Below are positions 1-11,800 of a DNA stretch of 64,000 bases, piece after piece. The number at the start of each line of letters is the position of its first letter. Position 1 is the first letter of the stretch. Source of the stretch: Euglena gracilis. Taxonomy: Eukaryota. The position numbers and the translations under genes are program-made. The stretch spans positions 34,693,737-34,757,736 of the forward strand of contig CP154954.1 in the NCBI GenBank assembly GCA_039621445.1. The letters are read 5' to 3'. Under the pieces are notes generated by a model, which made no database searches, was not told the origin of the DNA, and saw only the letters and a program-made list of their open reading frames with translations.

Positions 1-189
1 TCGTTGGACACGGGGGATACCCTTTGAATAAAAATACATATATAATTTAAATATATATAACTTGTCATGTCTATATTGGTTAAAATACCTTCTTTACATC
101 GAAGAATTCACCCCATTTGCAAACGCCCTCGCTATCCTTTGATACCTTTTCTCATATTTATCAAATTTCTGGAAAATGTTGTGTCCCCT

Positions 190-2546
190 GAACAATGCAT
201 CTGCAGAGAACGTTGGATGGGGGATGTTCATCTTTGGTATTTCAATCAACAAATATTGTGTGTGGTGTTTGGCCCACCGAGAAGTGAGTTTTTTTTGTTT
301 GGCCCGCCACGAGTTTTTTGTGAGGGATTCAATGTAATATTCGTTTAAATCCGGTTTTTTTTGGGCTTTTGTAGATCATTATGCGAAATGACTTCTAGGG
401 TCAAAAAAATATTTGGCGAATTCGGTGCAGTTGAAATGTTTCTTTGGCAATATGCCACAGGGTGGGGGTGTGACCCACCTTCACCAAAAGGGTCAACCCC
501 CCATTTTTCTCCCACCCTCCTCGTGGGGGGGGGGGGAGGAATAACCAACCACCCCAGCCCAAGCGGGGGTTAACAAGAGGTGTTTGGATTGTAAATGGGG
601 GGTTTAATCAGTGGCAGCAAAGCTATGCCTGATACAGAGGGGTGGAGCAGACTCAGAGACTGAAAATATCGGGGTGACTTCCCCATTGGGGTCCGGGCCA
701 CCTGGCTGGAACTTGGTCTGAAAGTTAAAATGGGGTCCAGTGCTCAAATTGCAACCAAACACACAATTGGCCACACCCACCATGGTGATGCAGTTCCCAT
801 ACAGCAGAAGCTCTGCCAGGGTGTTGTTGTGCCGCAGAGCGTAATGCCGGAGCAATGACAAAGATCTGTGTGGTTTCATGGAACCCCCAGAATAAGAACA
901 CCCAATAAAAAACCAAAAGAATCAAACCTCAAAATGTCAGCCCCCCCCCAAATAAGACCCCCTGGCGGGTAGAAATCATTGTGCAGTGTCAAATACACTG
1001 CACACTGACCTATGCACAGTGCAACTGAATCGCATCAACTGAATGTCAGGCCTCTGAGGGCTGGAAATTTCACCCCCCCCAAAAAATATCTAGCACCCGT
1101 CCACTCAAATGGAGAGGCAGCGGGAATGGAATGTGAAAGACAAAGAGGGTGAGGGCCGTTGGTGTCTCGTGCCCCGCATGTGACAGCGCCAAGGCCCCAT
1201 CGTCGGCGATGCGGTTCACGTTCAAATCAAATTCAGGGCCGCATGAACGCGGGCGATTCGGACTCGACAATGGACCTCAATCTGCCAGCGCCTGTCCGTC
1301 TCAACCAGGGGTTTTTGTTAAGACCGGTCAGGGTGGGGGGAGGGGGTCCCCCCACCCACTCACCCCCTGGCCCCCCCGGGGGGGGGGGGGGCGGGGGACG
1401 CACAAAAAAATGGCCGAAAATCGCGAAGTGCTAAAAAAGCACCTTTTCAAAAATTTTCGGCGCCTTCGAAAAGCATCCCACCCCCCTCCAGGAGGACCCC
1501 CAGGGGGTGGGTGGGTCCCCCCTGACCCACTCACCCTCCCCCCCCTCTGGGGGTCCACGACTGAAAAAAATCCTGGTCCCAACCCCACCTGTGGCTTCCT
1601 CGTCCATTGTTGGGCCACCTCTGTGTGCACAGGCTCTCGGCAAGCATCCCCCACAACCACTCAACTCCAAACCATCTCAGGGGTGGGGCGGAACATTCTC
1701 CCTTCCAAAAGTGCTTTCTTTTGGGCCACTCAATCAATCCCATGGGTATCAACTGAGCCCACATACTCCGTCCACTTAACTGCCCAACAAACTCCCATAA
1801 GCCACGTCACTCACCCACAGACCGCTATGAGGCACTGCCAAGCACCTGTGGTCATCCAGAATCCCAGGCACGCCCAGCCATTCCATAGGTACTGGGAATA
1901 CCACCCCAGCGCTGGGACCACCCCGAAGCATTGGACCACTTTCCGCTTGACCATTGAACACCAGGGACAGGGGGGCATTGAATGTACTGAAAATCTGACG
2001 GGCAAGCCCTGGGGGAGGGTCTGCAGGTATCGGTTGCTCTTCAGCATCTCCGCAATGTGCTTTGCCCCTTCGGGGCCAATGTTGTTGCCGCTCAGCCCCA
2101 GCGACGCCACCCGGGTGGGGAGAGGGCCCCGCCGGGATGCCCACCCGGGCTGCGGCGGTGCAGCGACAGGTGGGGGTGGCGTGCAAAGTGGAGTGCTGCG
2201 CAACGTGTGCGTTGTGTTATTATTCCAAATACATTTTTTTGCTTTGTTCAAAAAAAATTCTGTGGAGCGCCAGTCGTATTCACACACACAAACATACATT
2301 TGCACATATAAATATATTACATACATAAAACGTCCACACATGTATTGGATCACATGGCAACGCTGTCAAAAAGTGGACAGAGTTGGGGGAGGGTGAATGG
2401 AGGGCGGGGCCCTCGGCGTCATCCTGCAGCGCGGTGCACAAATGCTCCAGATCGGCGTCGGAGAGCTCGGCGTTGCTCAGGTCGACATGGTCGGTCCGGC
2501 CGTCGGCGATGTCGCGCAGGGCGTCCTCGATGGAGTGGCAGGCCAT
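190..2546 (-). CDS. RNI-like leucine-rich-repeat protein, 3'-partial; exons 2418-2546, 2015-2116, 1180-1228, 773-842, 383-396, about 190-211
   Basis: Manual splicing gives MACHSIEDALRDIADGRTDHVDLSNAELSDADLEHLCTA-LQDDTRVASLGLSGNNIGPEGAKHIAEM-LKSNRYLQTLDLNVNRIADDGALALSHA-LRHNNTLAELLLYGNCITMVGVEVISRS-LQMHCS, i.e. three consecutive 28-aa RNI-type LRR units in register. All five introns are non-GT-AG. The last two exons are less certain. Confidence 0.88.
843..1179 (-). other. Nonconventional intron 3 of the LRR gene
   Basis: TCAC|atg CGGGGCA...TGCTCCG gcatt|AC. 7-bp stem with one G-U pair; splicing restores SHALRHN. Confidence 0.75.
1229..2014 (-). other. Nonconventional intron 2 of the LRR gene
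   Basis: CTC|ccc CAGGGC...GCCCTG aattt|GAT. CAG at +4..+6 and CTG at -8..-6; splicing restores LQTL-DLNVN. Confidence 0.88.
1306..1575. mobile_element. hAT-like MITE nested in LRR intron 2
   Basis: Ends CAGGGGTTTTT / AAAAATCCTG; flanks GTCTCAAC / GTCCCAAC (7/8 TSD match); related to the copy at 23243-23493. Confidence 0.7.
2117..2417 (-). other. Nonconventional stem-ended intron 1 of the LRR gene
   Basis: Sense strand GAC|gcc GAGGGCCCCGCC...GGCGGGGCCCTC tcccc|ACC. Perfect 12-bp inverted repeat (2122-2133 / 2403-2414), 3-nt and 5-nt overhangs; splicing restores QDD-TRV. Confidence 0.85.
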
Positions 2547-2570
2547 CGCCACGCCTACATCCACCGTCGT

Positions 2571-2595
2571 CTGTGGGCGGCACCAAAGAAAACAG
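2571..2595 (-). promoter_or_regulatory. Candidate spliced-leader trans-splice acceptor of the LRR gene
   Basis: Pyrimidine-rich tract followed by CAG (TTTTCTTTGGTGCCGCCCACAG) about 25 nt upstream of the ATG. Inference from euglenozoan SL trans-splicing. Confidence 0.4.
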
Positions 2596-4283
2596 ACTGC
2601 AGCGGGGCGTATATCGCTCTCACACAGTGAGATGGGACTACAGGCGACTGAAAAAAAATACTGTCTTTTTCGACAAAAAAAAACACCCTGGAACGAAATT
2701 TTGTCAGTTTGTTTTTGTCGCTTTTACCCGAAATCTGTTTTGCTTCTGTCCAATTTTTTTGGCCAGAACGAGACGAATATGCATTTCTTTGTGGATTTTC
2801 TGTGTTTTTAGGCATTTTCGAGAGTCCCACCGCCAGGTGCCCCTGTGGTCTGAAACCATTTCCGTTGAAGAAGTTGAAGAATTGCTTGAGAAACACACAT
2901 CGCAAAACAAAAAAAAGTCAAAGTGGGGGAAAATTGGGGAAAGTGAGCAAAAAAACAACCTTTTAAACATTCTTTGAAAAACCGAAAATGAACCTTTAAA
3001 AAATCTTCAGAAATTGTGGCCTTAAAATACCATAAAATGCTCCCAAAAAACCTAAAAAAAATCATCATTCGAGCAACAATTTCTCCAACCGAGCAAAAAA
3101 ATGGATTTTCAAAACCTTGACAAAAGCAAGCAAACTCCAGGAAGAAAAGATTTTTGGCATCTTTTGGAACATTGCCTATCCCCCCAAAACTCAATAAAAG
3201 ATAGAGAGTTTTTTGCCAGTTTGCAAGGGTTCAAGAGCGATCTGGGCGTCAAACATGTCGAAAATCAAAAAGCTCGAAGAAACCGTCAAAACACCTTAAA
3301 ATGCTCCTTAAAATCTTTATCTTTGGGAAATCATCTTAAATCCTTACAACCTGAGGCCTGACTGGGGGTGGATGGGCAGGTCACCCCCCCCCAACCACCC
3401 ACCCCCCCCAAAAAATTCCTTCAACGTTGAAGGTGCTGACCTAAAAGGGGGGTGGTGGTGGAACCTCCCACCCACCACAGGGTCACCCCCCCTCCCACCA
3501 CCAATATGGTGTCCATGATTCCTGTGCACCGTAGCCACCACCACCCTCTTTTCTGACGATTGGAGGGTGAGGCCAACCGCAATTTTGTTGCAATAGAACC
3601 GGATCCAGCTCCATCCATTTGAAAAAAAAATCCTTAAAACCTTTCCTTAAAAAAAGGATGGAAGAGAAAGATGTTTGAGTAAAGAACAAATATATTTCCA
3701 GATAATCAAATGGTTTGATTCTCTGGTACCGGTCATTAATGCATATTGCCACATTTTTTCTTTCAGCCAACGCCCTGTGTTGACATTTCAAATACAACTT
3801 GGGAAAACAGGTTTTTGGAAGCTTTTGACATACTACCGGGGGGGGGGGGGGAATTGAAGCTAGACAAAATTAGACCCGACAAAATTGGAAGCCGAAAAAA
3901 TTGGTGCCAAACCTGAAAACTGCCCGGAAAAAATTGGCCGGTTTTGTTTGCAAGATGACTTGAAAAAAGGTGATTTGAAAATTTTGAGGCAGGATTTTCA
4001 AAAAAAGGTCCGGAAAAATTTGGCAGGATTTCTGTACGCCAATTTTTCCCAATCAATTTTTCGGCCTCCAATCCCCCCCCCCCCGGTACTTTGAAGAATT
4101 GTTTGAAATATTTGGCAGAGTGCTTGAAATAATTTACAGATTTTACGAAATGAGATGGTGTTTGGTCCAATTGCGTACAGGACTTGAGATGAGTGCTGAT
4201 ATGGCAAATTCACACCTCGTCTTTGGTCCAAAACATTCTAATCACAATTCAAAAGAAAATGAAGCACACACCCACCTCTTGGT

Positions 4284-4680
4284 CAGGGTTCGATATAAGG
4301 ACAGGTGGGGGGGGTGGTCCGGACCCCCCCCCTGCGGGCCAGGAGGGGGGGGGGTGGGGGGGACACCCCCCCCCCACCTAAACAGGTGCGCGGTCAGGGT
4401 GGCCGAAAATTTTTGACCCCCCAAAACGACCAAAAGTGCCATTTTGGGCACTTTTTGGGCAAAAATGTGCCAAAAATGCAAAAAATTTTCGGCGCGAAGC
4501 GCCGGAGGAAAAAATTGGCCCTTTTTGGGGGGGGGTCAATTTTTGCCCCCGAGGGTCGGTCCGGACCCCCCTTGCAGGTGGGGGGGGGTGGTCCGGACCC
4601 CCCCTGCGGGCCACGCGGGGGGGGGGGGGGGGGGACACCCCCCACCTAAACCATGTACGCTCTCCTTAAATCGAACCCTG
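4284..4680. mobile_element. hAT-like MITE (family A)
   Basis: TIR CAGGGTTCGATATAAGGA / TCCTTAAATCGAACCCTG; perfect 8-bp TSD CTCTTGGT (4276-4283, 4681-4688); internally duplicated G-rich GGTCCGGACCCCC blocks. Confidence 0.92.
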
Positions 4681-5262
4681 CTCTTGGTACAAATGAAGGG
4701 GAAATAGCATGTCCCAAGTATAAATCTCCACTCCGGTCTCAGCCAACGGTCTGAATAGAAACCACTTTTCCATTTGGGGGGGGTAGATTTCTGCAAAAAA
4801 AAATCACAAAAATTGCGCTGTTTTGTGAAGTGTGTCAAGAAGCTTCAAATAAAATGTCCTTTCGTTCCAAAAAAACATAAAACATAAAAACCTTGTCAAA
4901 AACCTTCAAATAAGCCCAAGAAACGTTTTGGGAATTTCAGTCAAAAACCTTTCAGAACTTCTGTCAGTCTTTGTGTCATTTATTCCAACAATAGCGGGCG
5001 CTGGCTGGAAGAAGAAAGAAGATCATTGTCAGTCTTCGCTCTGAAGCTTGCCACCATATCACCATTGGGAGCTGTGGTTTGTCATGTGACCAATTGACAT
5101 TTGAGTCTAAAACGATGCCAACAGAATTCGGAAGGAAAAAGGAAGGTTGTGCTTCTTGAGACAATGAAAAATACTACCTGCTGCATAAATCCTGCCATTG
5201 CGAGTTTCGGAAGTGGTGCATTCACAGCATTCACAAAGCATGGCAATCCTCGAACAAGTGAA

Positions 5263-8200
5263 TCAGAGGACAGGATCTACATGTGAAGCAGGGGCTGTAG
5301 GGGGAGGAGACGCGCCGTCGGAGTCAACATCAAAATGCGGGTCAGTGTCTGAAGGGTCGACGTGGGGAGTCAAATCCACCCTGGGGTCCCCATCGTGTCC
5401 GGTGGTTCGTCGCAGTTCATCAATAATGCGGGCAGACTGTGTTGTTCTTTCTGACATTGAAAGACGGGCTTGGGAAGGCTTTCAAAAATCAGTCTTTAGA
5501 AAATATAATCGGTCCCCTCGAAGGGGGAAATAACTTCCAGGGCGGGTGGAAATCTAGTCCCACTTGGATTCTTCGGCGCTTTGTCCACTGGCACTTTGAG
5601 CTGTTGCTTCCACATGAATATACTGGGAGGAGCAGCAACATCCCCTCCCTGTGGAAAAGGAATGCTTCCCAGGGAGGAGAGACTGACCGCACGGTGCCAA
5701 GAGACAAGGGGGCTGTGGCAAATCTGTTCCTCTGGTCCAAGAAATTCAATGCGGGGGAAAACAACGGTCCGGGTGCGGCACCAGTTGGACTGCATGGTGC
5801 ACACCAGCGCCGCCGCCTCCAAATGGAGGGCAAGGTTGCCCACCGGCCTCGCACGGCCGCTTCTGAGGGGCCCTGGCACAGCGAACGCAATCAGGAGTGA
5901 TTGGTGGCAGGGGCCAGGCTTTTGCTCAAGGACCCGGGGGGGGGGTCCACTGGTCAGTCATTTTGCTAGACACGGGGAAAAACCACTAGCTAGACCCCCT
6001 CCTGGGGGGGTCCCCAACTGGAAATTTCTCCGGCGCAACACGCCGATGTGAAATGAGGGTTTCAAGTGTTTTTTTTTTTACCGATTTTGTTTCACAAAAA
6101 AACCCCATAATTGTCAAAATTGGCATTTTGGGGAGGGGGTCTAAAAAATCTGTGACCCCAGCACCGGTCACTGGAAAAGAATTTTCCTCAAGCTGGCCCT
6201 GCTAGCGGACCCACCCCAGGGGTCCACAAGGTTTTCCGCAGATCAATTTTGGACTAGCTGCAGTCGATCCCCCCACCAGAGGAGGTACTGCGAACCCTCA
6301 AGCAGAAGCCTGGGCAAGAAGGACAAGAAGACGCCTCCTTGGGTGGTCGCTAAATTGATGCACAAAAGCCCCCGGGGATAGTTTTCTTGGGACGTTGAAA
6401 CATAGAATGCTAAGCATTTTCTCAAATCCCAAACCACCTTTCAACATGGGACGACGCGCCTTCGGTCCCTTTGGGGACACATCCAGCGCCGAAGTGGACG
6501 CGCGGGCGACAGGCGGACGAGGGGCAAAGGCCCCCTCTCATCCATGGCGCGGTGGTGGTTCCAGTTGTGGCGCTCCTCGGCGGGGATGACGAACCGCCAC
6601 GCGGAGTAGGCGGGCAGTCGCGTCTCATTCACCACCTGTGGTCCAGGAAGGGGGAAAGGGCTCGCTGTCACGGCAGGGGGGGGGGCACTTCCACAGCGGG
6701 GATCCAGTTCCGCTGTAGAAGTCCACCTCCCCCCTGTAGCGAGTCCGCCCAAATTTCCAGCCCAGCCCCCCTTTCAAGAGATACATGGTCTTGAACTTGT
6801 TCATTGGGGTGGGTCCCCAGTGGGCTCCCTCCACTCTCATTCAGCAAACTGAATCGCCCAGGGCGAAGAGGTACTCAGACTGAGCCTCACAGCAGGAGCT
6901 GAAAATCATGATGAGTTTCACCTTTCGTCCCCCTCCCTGGGGCGGTGCCACCAGCCAAGCTGGCCAGCCCATTTTTTTGCTGGACACCTTTCTGCTTCCT
7001 TTGCCTCAGCACCAGGCTGGACTTTAAGCCAATCCGACCCCAGGGGGTGCCTGCTGTGGCACTCCAAGGTGCCCAGGTCTGACTTTTCAGGGGGTTGGGT
7101 AGGGATTGATATAAGGAGGGTGCACAGGTTAGAGGAGCCCCCCCCCCTCGACCAGAGGCCTCCCACCTGCCACCTGCCTGGGGGTGTGGACCAACCCAGG
7201 GGGGGGGGGTACCCAGGGCCACCTCAAAAAAAATGAAGATTTTCCTTCGGGCACTTTGCACCGAAACTGCTTTTGGCATTTTTGGAAGTTTTTTTTTAAC
7301 CCAAGAAGTGCCCAAAATGGCACTTCTTGCCAACTTCTTTGGGGGCGGGGGTCAAGTCTTCAGCACAAATTTCGGTCACCCGGACCGCGCCACTAGTACA
7401 GGAGGGGACTTCCCCACCCCCTGCCGGTCCGACCCACCCCCCACCTGCCCTTATATCGAAAGCTGGGGTTGGGTGTGTGGGTCCACTAAACCCCACCCCC
7501 CAGTGAGTGGCGTCGGGGCCAGGGCTGGACACGATTCCCTGACACCCCAGTGTACCCCCTCCTATCCTGTTGGGTGGGGGTCCAAAATTGGCCCCAAAAA
7601 GTGGGGGGTCAAATGGGATTTCCCCCAAACCCCCCAGGAGGGTTCCTCCTGGGTGGATGGGGGGCCCCTCAGTCAGAAGGAAAATTCCCTGGGGGGGGAA
7701 GACATGTGACCAAAAAAACTTGGGCCCTCGGTCAAGGCACTCATGCGCCGAAGGTGACGAAGGCCCGAACAGGGCCACACTTGACCCCATTTCGGGCCCA
7801 TGGCCAGGCAGGCACGATTCCCTCCCTCCAGGGGAGTGCCCGCCCAGGCACTCCAGGGCTCTTCAAGATCCCCTCGGTCAAATTTTTCCCATCCAGACAG
7901 CCTGCACGTAATTTGCCGTTTTGATCCTATTTCTTCTTTCTCAAACCCAAACATGAGACACCCCTGGTGGGGCCAATTCTCAGAAGCCATTACAAAAGAC
8001 TCCGGTTTCAAAATATTAGGGTGGGATTACTTCAAACGCTAAGTCTGCTGGGCAGGGCAGAGATGAGGTCCCGCCAGCCAAACTATGCCCCACCAGTTGC
8101 TGTGGCTGGGGGGGCCACAGCAGCCCCCCAGGGAACATTAAAGAACTAAACAGAAGCCAAAATCGGGAAATTGCACAAAAAAATTCTGCCGGTCTGCCGA

Positions 8201-8776
8201 TTTTCGACCTATTTTGCCAACTTTTTTTTTGGTCAAGAATCAGCCATCGTCCAGCTGCTCAAAGAGCAGCTGAATTAGAATTGAAGTGCAAGCCCCCCCT
8301 GTGGGCACTGTGACTGTTTTTTTTGGTGCCTTTTATCCCTTCTTCTGGCCTGGCGCTGTTGTTCGTCTCTGGCCCTTTTTGTCTGTGTACGTGGAGGTGG
8401 CTGAATGAAGTGCAAGCCCCCCCCCCCGGGGGGGCGTGAACTTCCTTAAAAAGAAGCTTGAACGCGACTTTGCCTTCATTTCCGAAACTTTGCTTTTCTG
8501 ATAAAACACCGCCAATTACCAATCCAGCTTCTCTCCCATCCACAGAGGGGCGCATGTGCAACATGCACACCTGGTCGTCCTCGGTCGTCAGGAAAATGGT
8601 GTGCAGCGCCGCATTGGCTCGCCGCAACTCTTCGGCACTACGCATATACGCCTCGAACGGGAGGAACCCCATCTCCGTCTTGCGGCACTGCTCCCGGTGG
8701 TAGCACGCCACCTTGCCGGCGGGCTGCTGTATGTATGGCGACTGCGCGCGCGTGTGTGTGTGTATGTGTGGGTGTT

Positions 8777-8836
<60 letters not shown>

Positions 8837-11800
8837 GGGCGACTGTGGGGGTGGGGGGGTAGGCGGGCAGGTTTGAGAAATGCTGGCTGTCAATGAGAGG
8901 CTGGCATCCCAACCAGAAAGGGAGAGAATTGAAACTACTTTGTGGGGGCAGCTGGATCTGACGTTGGCCAACTTGCCCAGGATAACAACTACCCCATTAA
9001 AATCACAGGCATTCTGCCAGAAACAGGTTGCCCAAACCTGCCTTCCAATATTGGATTATTCCCTGTCAAAAAAAACACCAGAAGGAGGGGGTGCAGGTTT
9101 GCATTCTCCGGGAGGACCCTTCGCAGAAAGGGCTTCACCTGGAGTGCCAAACAGCAGAGGTGGAGCCAGGGCCCGGCTGTCACTGCGACGGACGTGCATG
9201 CCTATCACGCCGGCGGCGGGGAGGCGGCCACCAAGGACCACTTCCTGCGAGAGGGGCCAGCAGATGCACCGCCAGAAGAAAGCAAAGGCGGGCTGCAAAA
9301 AAAAACAGAAACAATGACACGGGCGCAGGCGCTGTTTCGGGTTATATTAATGCACTGCATCCGACAGCTCTGCCGGTGTGCATGGCTCGAAGCAAGCAAC
9401 AGGCTCAGCACAATGCGGTAAGGGGCAATTCAGCAGCAGACAGACAGACAGACAGACAGGCAGGCAGGCAGGTAGACAGGCAGACAGGCAGGCAGGCAGG
9501 CAGACAGACAGACAGATAGATAGCAGTCCAGGTCATCTGCAGTATCTCTTGTTGGCATCTCTCCCTGGACAAAACCTTAAATAGCAGACCTTATCTGCAA
9601 CTCTGAGAAATCAGCAATCTCAACTGAGTGGTGTGAGGAAGGGAGGAGTAAGAACCCGGAAAATTGGTTTGAGTTGTAATTTTTCAGCACTGGTTTTTGA
9701 TGGTGGTGGCATTTGGCGGGTATTTTTGAGAACTGGCAAAAAACGCAACAACAGAACACAAAGCAAAGCCATTTCACCTGTTTGTACTTCTCAATGTCAG
9801 CACCAAACCATGGCTGCAGCCCCCGCCAGAAATATCTCGCACACTGCGCGTACCACCACCCCAGGGGGTGGGCAGACCATCGTGTGGGTATGGGAAGGGG
9901 CCGCCCGTTTAAATGGAATCAAAGGTGCAGAGAACTGACGCAATGTGCAAATATGCGTTTGATTTTGGGAGAAGCCTTCCGGTGTGAAACAAATCACCAG
10001 GGGGGAATTGCAACAGCCTCAACATAAGCAGTGCAAAAACACAAAAGAATGCAAATTGCATGTAAATTTCAATTTCTTTAGGACGTCTTCTGAACGTTTT
10101 TGAAAACGTTCAACTCTTCCAGGATGGTTGGTTGTTTATATTTTGCGTCATAATTTCCTGTGCAAATACGGTTCATATTTTGAACAATCATTCGCATTTT
10201 TTTGAGATCAGAAAACATAAAGATGATCAGAACAGTGCTTTGCACAAATTCTCAAAGAAAAATCCAAAAAAGGTCAAAAAATTACACAAGAGAAAAAAGA
10301 GGCGCAGACTTTTGCATTGACAGGGTCAATTGCCTATAACGCACACTTCCATTCCATGATACAATAATCTTTCGTTGCATACGTGTATGTTTTGTATGGG
10401 GATTCTTGCAGAAGAACAATTGCCTTATAAAAAAAAATTCAAAAAAGTCAAAAAAAGGGCATACAAAATTCCAAAAAGTAAACTTTCCCATATTCTCAAA
10501 GATGCGAATTTTGTGAAAATGCAAATTTTCAATATTTTGGACAATTCCAAAATTGCAAATAATGCAACAATTTGCTCCTCCCACCCCCACCCACCTGTTG
10601 GGCCATGCCAAAAAAACCATACTGGAAAAAGCAGCAAGGTCATATTTTTTGTTCATCATTCCATCATCCGCACATGATGCAACTTTGCTTTTCAACTGGC
10701 AGTGCACCTACCAATAGCCTACTAATACCCAATGCTGTTCTTCTGGTAGGTTCAAATTGAGAAGATGCCAGAAGAACTCTAAGCACCAAATGAATAATCA
10801 CACAGCTCACTTTTTGGTGAACAAATTGCAAAATGCAAAAAAAGATGAACACTCAGTGTGCTCACTGACAAAGCCAAAAAGGGAGACCAGTTGGGCTCAG
10901 ATACAATGGCAAATTCCGCACCTTATGCGCCTGGCACAATCTCCACCAGAGACGGATGGCACGACTTTGCTGTGTGTCGTTTTCAACACATTTTTTGTCA
11001 AGAGGGAATTCAGTAGGGGGATCCAAATTTTGTAGGTGGTAGCTGACCCCAGGCTCATAGCTCACCCAGCCTGTGGGGTATGGTGATGGCGGCAAATGTC
11101 CCCAAACGTTCTCAGACACACTCAAACGTACTCAGACGTACTCAAGCGTATTCAAACATACTCAAACACACTCAAAAGTGCTCAAACGTAGCCAAAGGTA
11201 AACAAACGTTCTGGCATACCCCTGCCCCACACAGCAGCCAGCTCTGCCATAGCGCGCCACAGAAAATTGAAAATTGGGCCTGGGAGGGCAAAATTTTGCA
11301 ATTCCTGGCCACTCCTATATGCCAAGCCAAACCAAGTCCAGGCAAAAGGGGCTGGGTTGGGGTAATCTGGGACACCACGTTGGAAATACACAATGGCAAC
11401 CCCTGTCAACACAGGCAAAATGGGCAGTGAGCCAAAACGGTGACCCAAAATTGCCAAAGACGTTCACTTTGTTCAAGTCACTGCCCTCTTGGCCTGCTGG
11501 TGCCTGGGCTGGGTGTGGCTTAGTATACAGGAGGGCCAAGAATCACCAATTTTGGCCTTCCCAAGCCCGGTTTCAATTTTCCAGAGCGCGCTGCAACAGA
11601 TCTGGCTGGGGCACTGCTGCGCGGGTCCATCACACCATCGCACACCCCACAGGTTGGGGTGATGTCCCGAGGTGGCAACTCAGAGCATTCCTTGCTGGCA
11701 AGGCCAGCGTCGCTCCTCTAGCCTTATCCGTGCCTGATCGGTGGCCTCGGGTGGTTGGGCAGCAGACCCTGCTGAGAGGGTCACTGGGCACAGGGCTGGG

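Noticed and set aside
1149-2396. 415-aa plus-strand ORF
   Set aside because: Antisense to the LRR exons and runs through a MITE; no recognisable protein features.
8240-8269. Apparent exon LLFEQLDD after a CTAATTCAG acceptor
   Set aside because: Hits a stop codon immediately; the exon at 6508-6635 fits the GT23 motif better.
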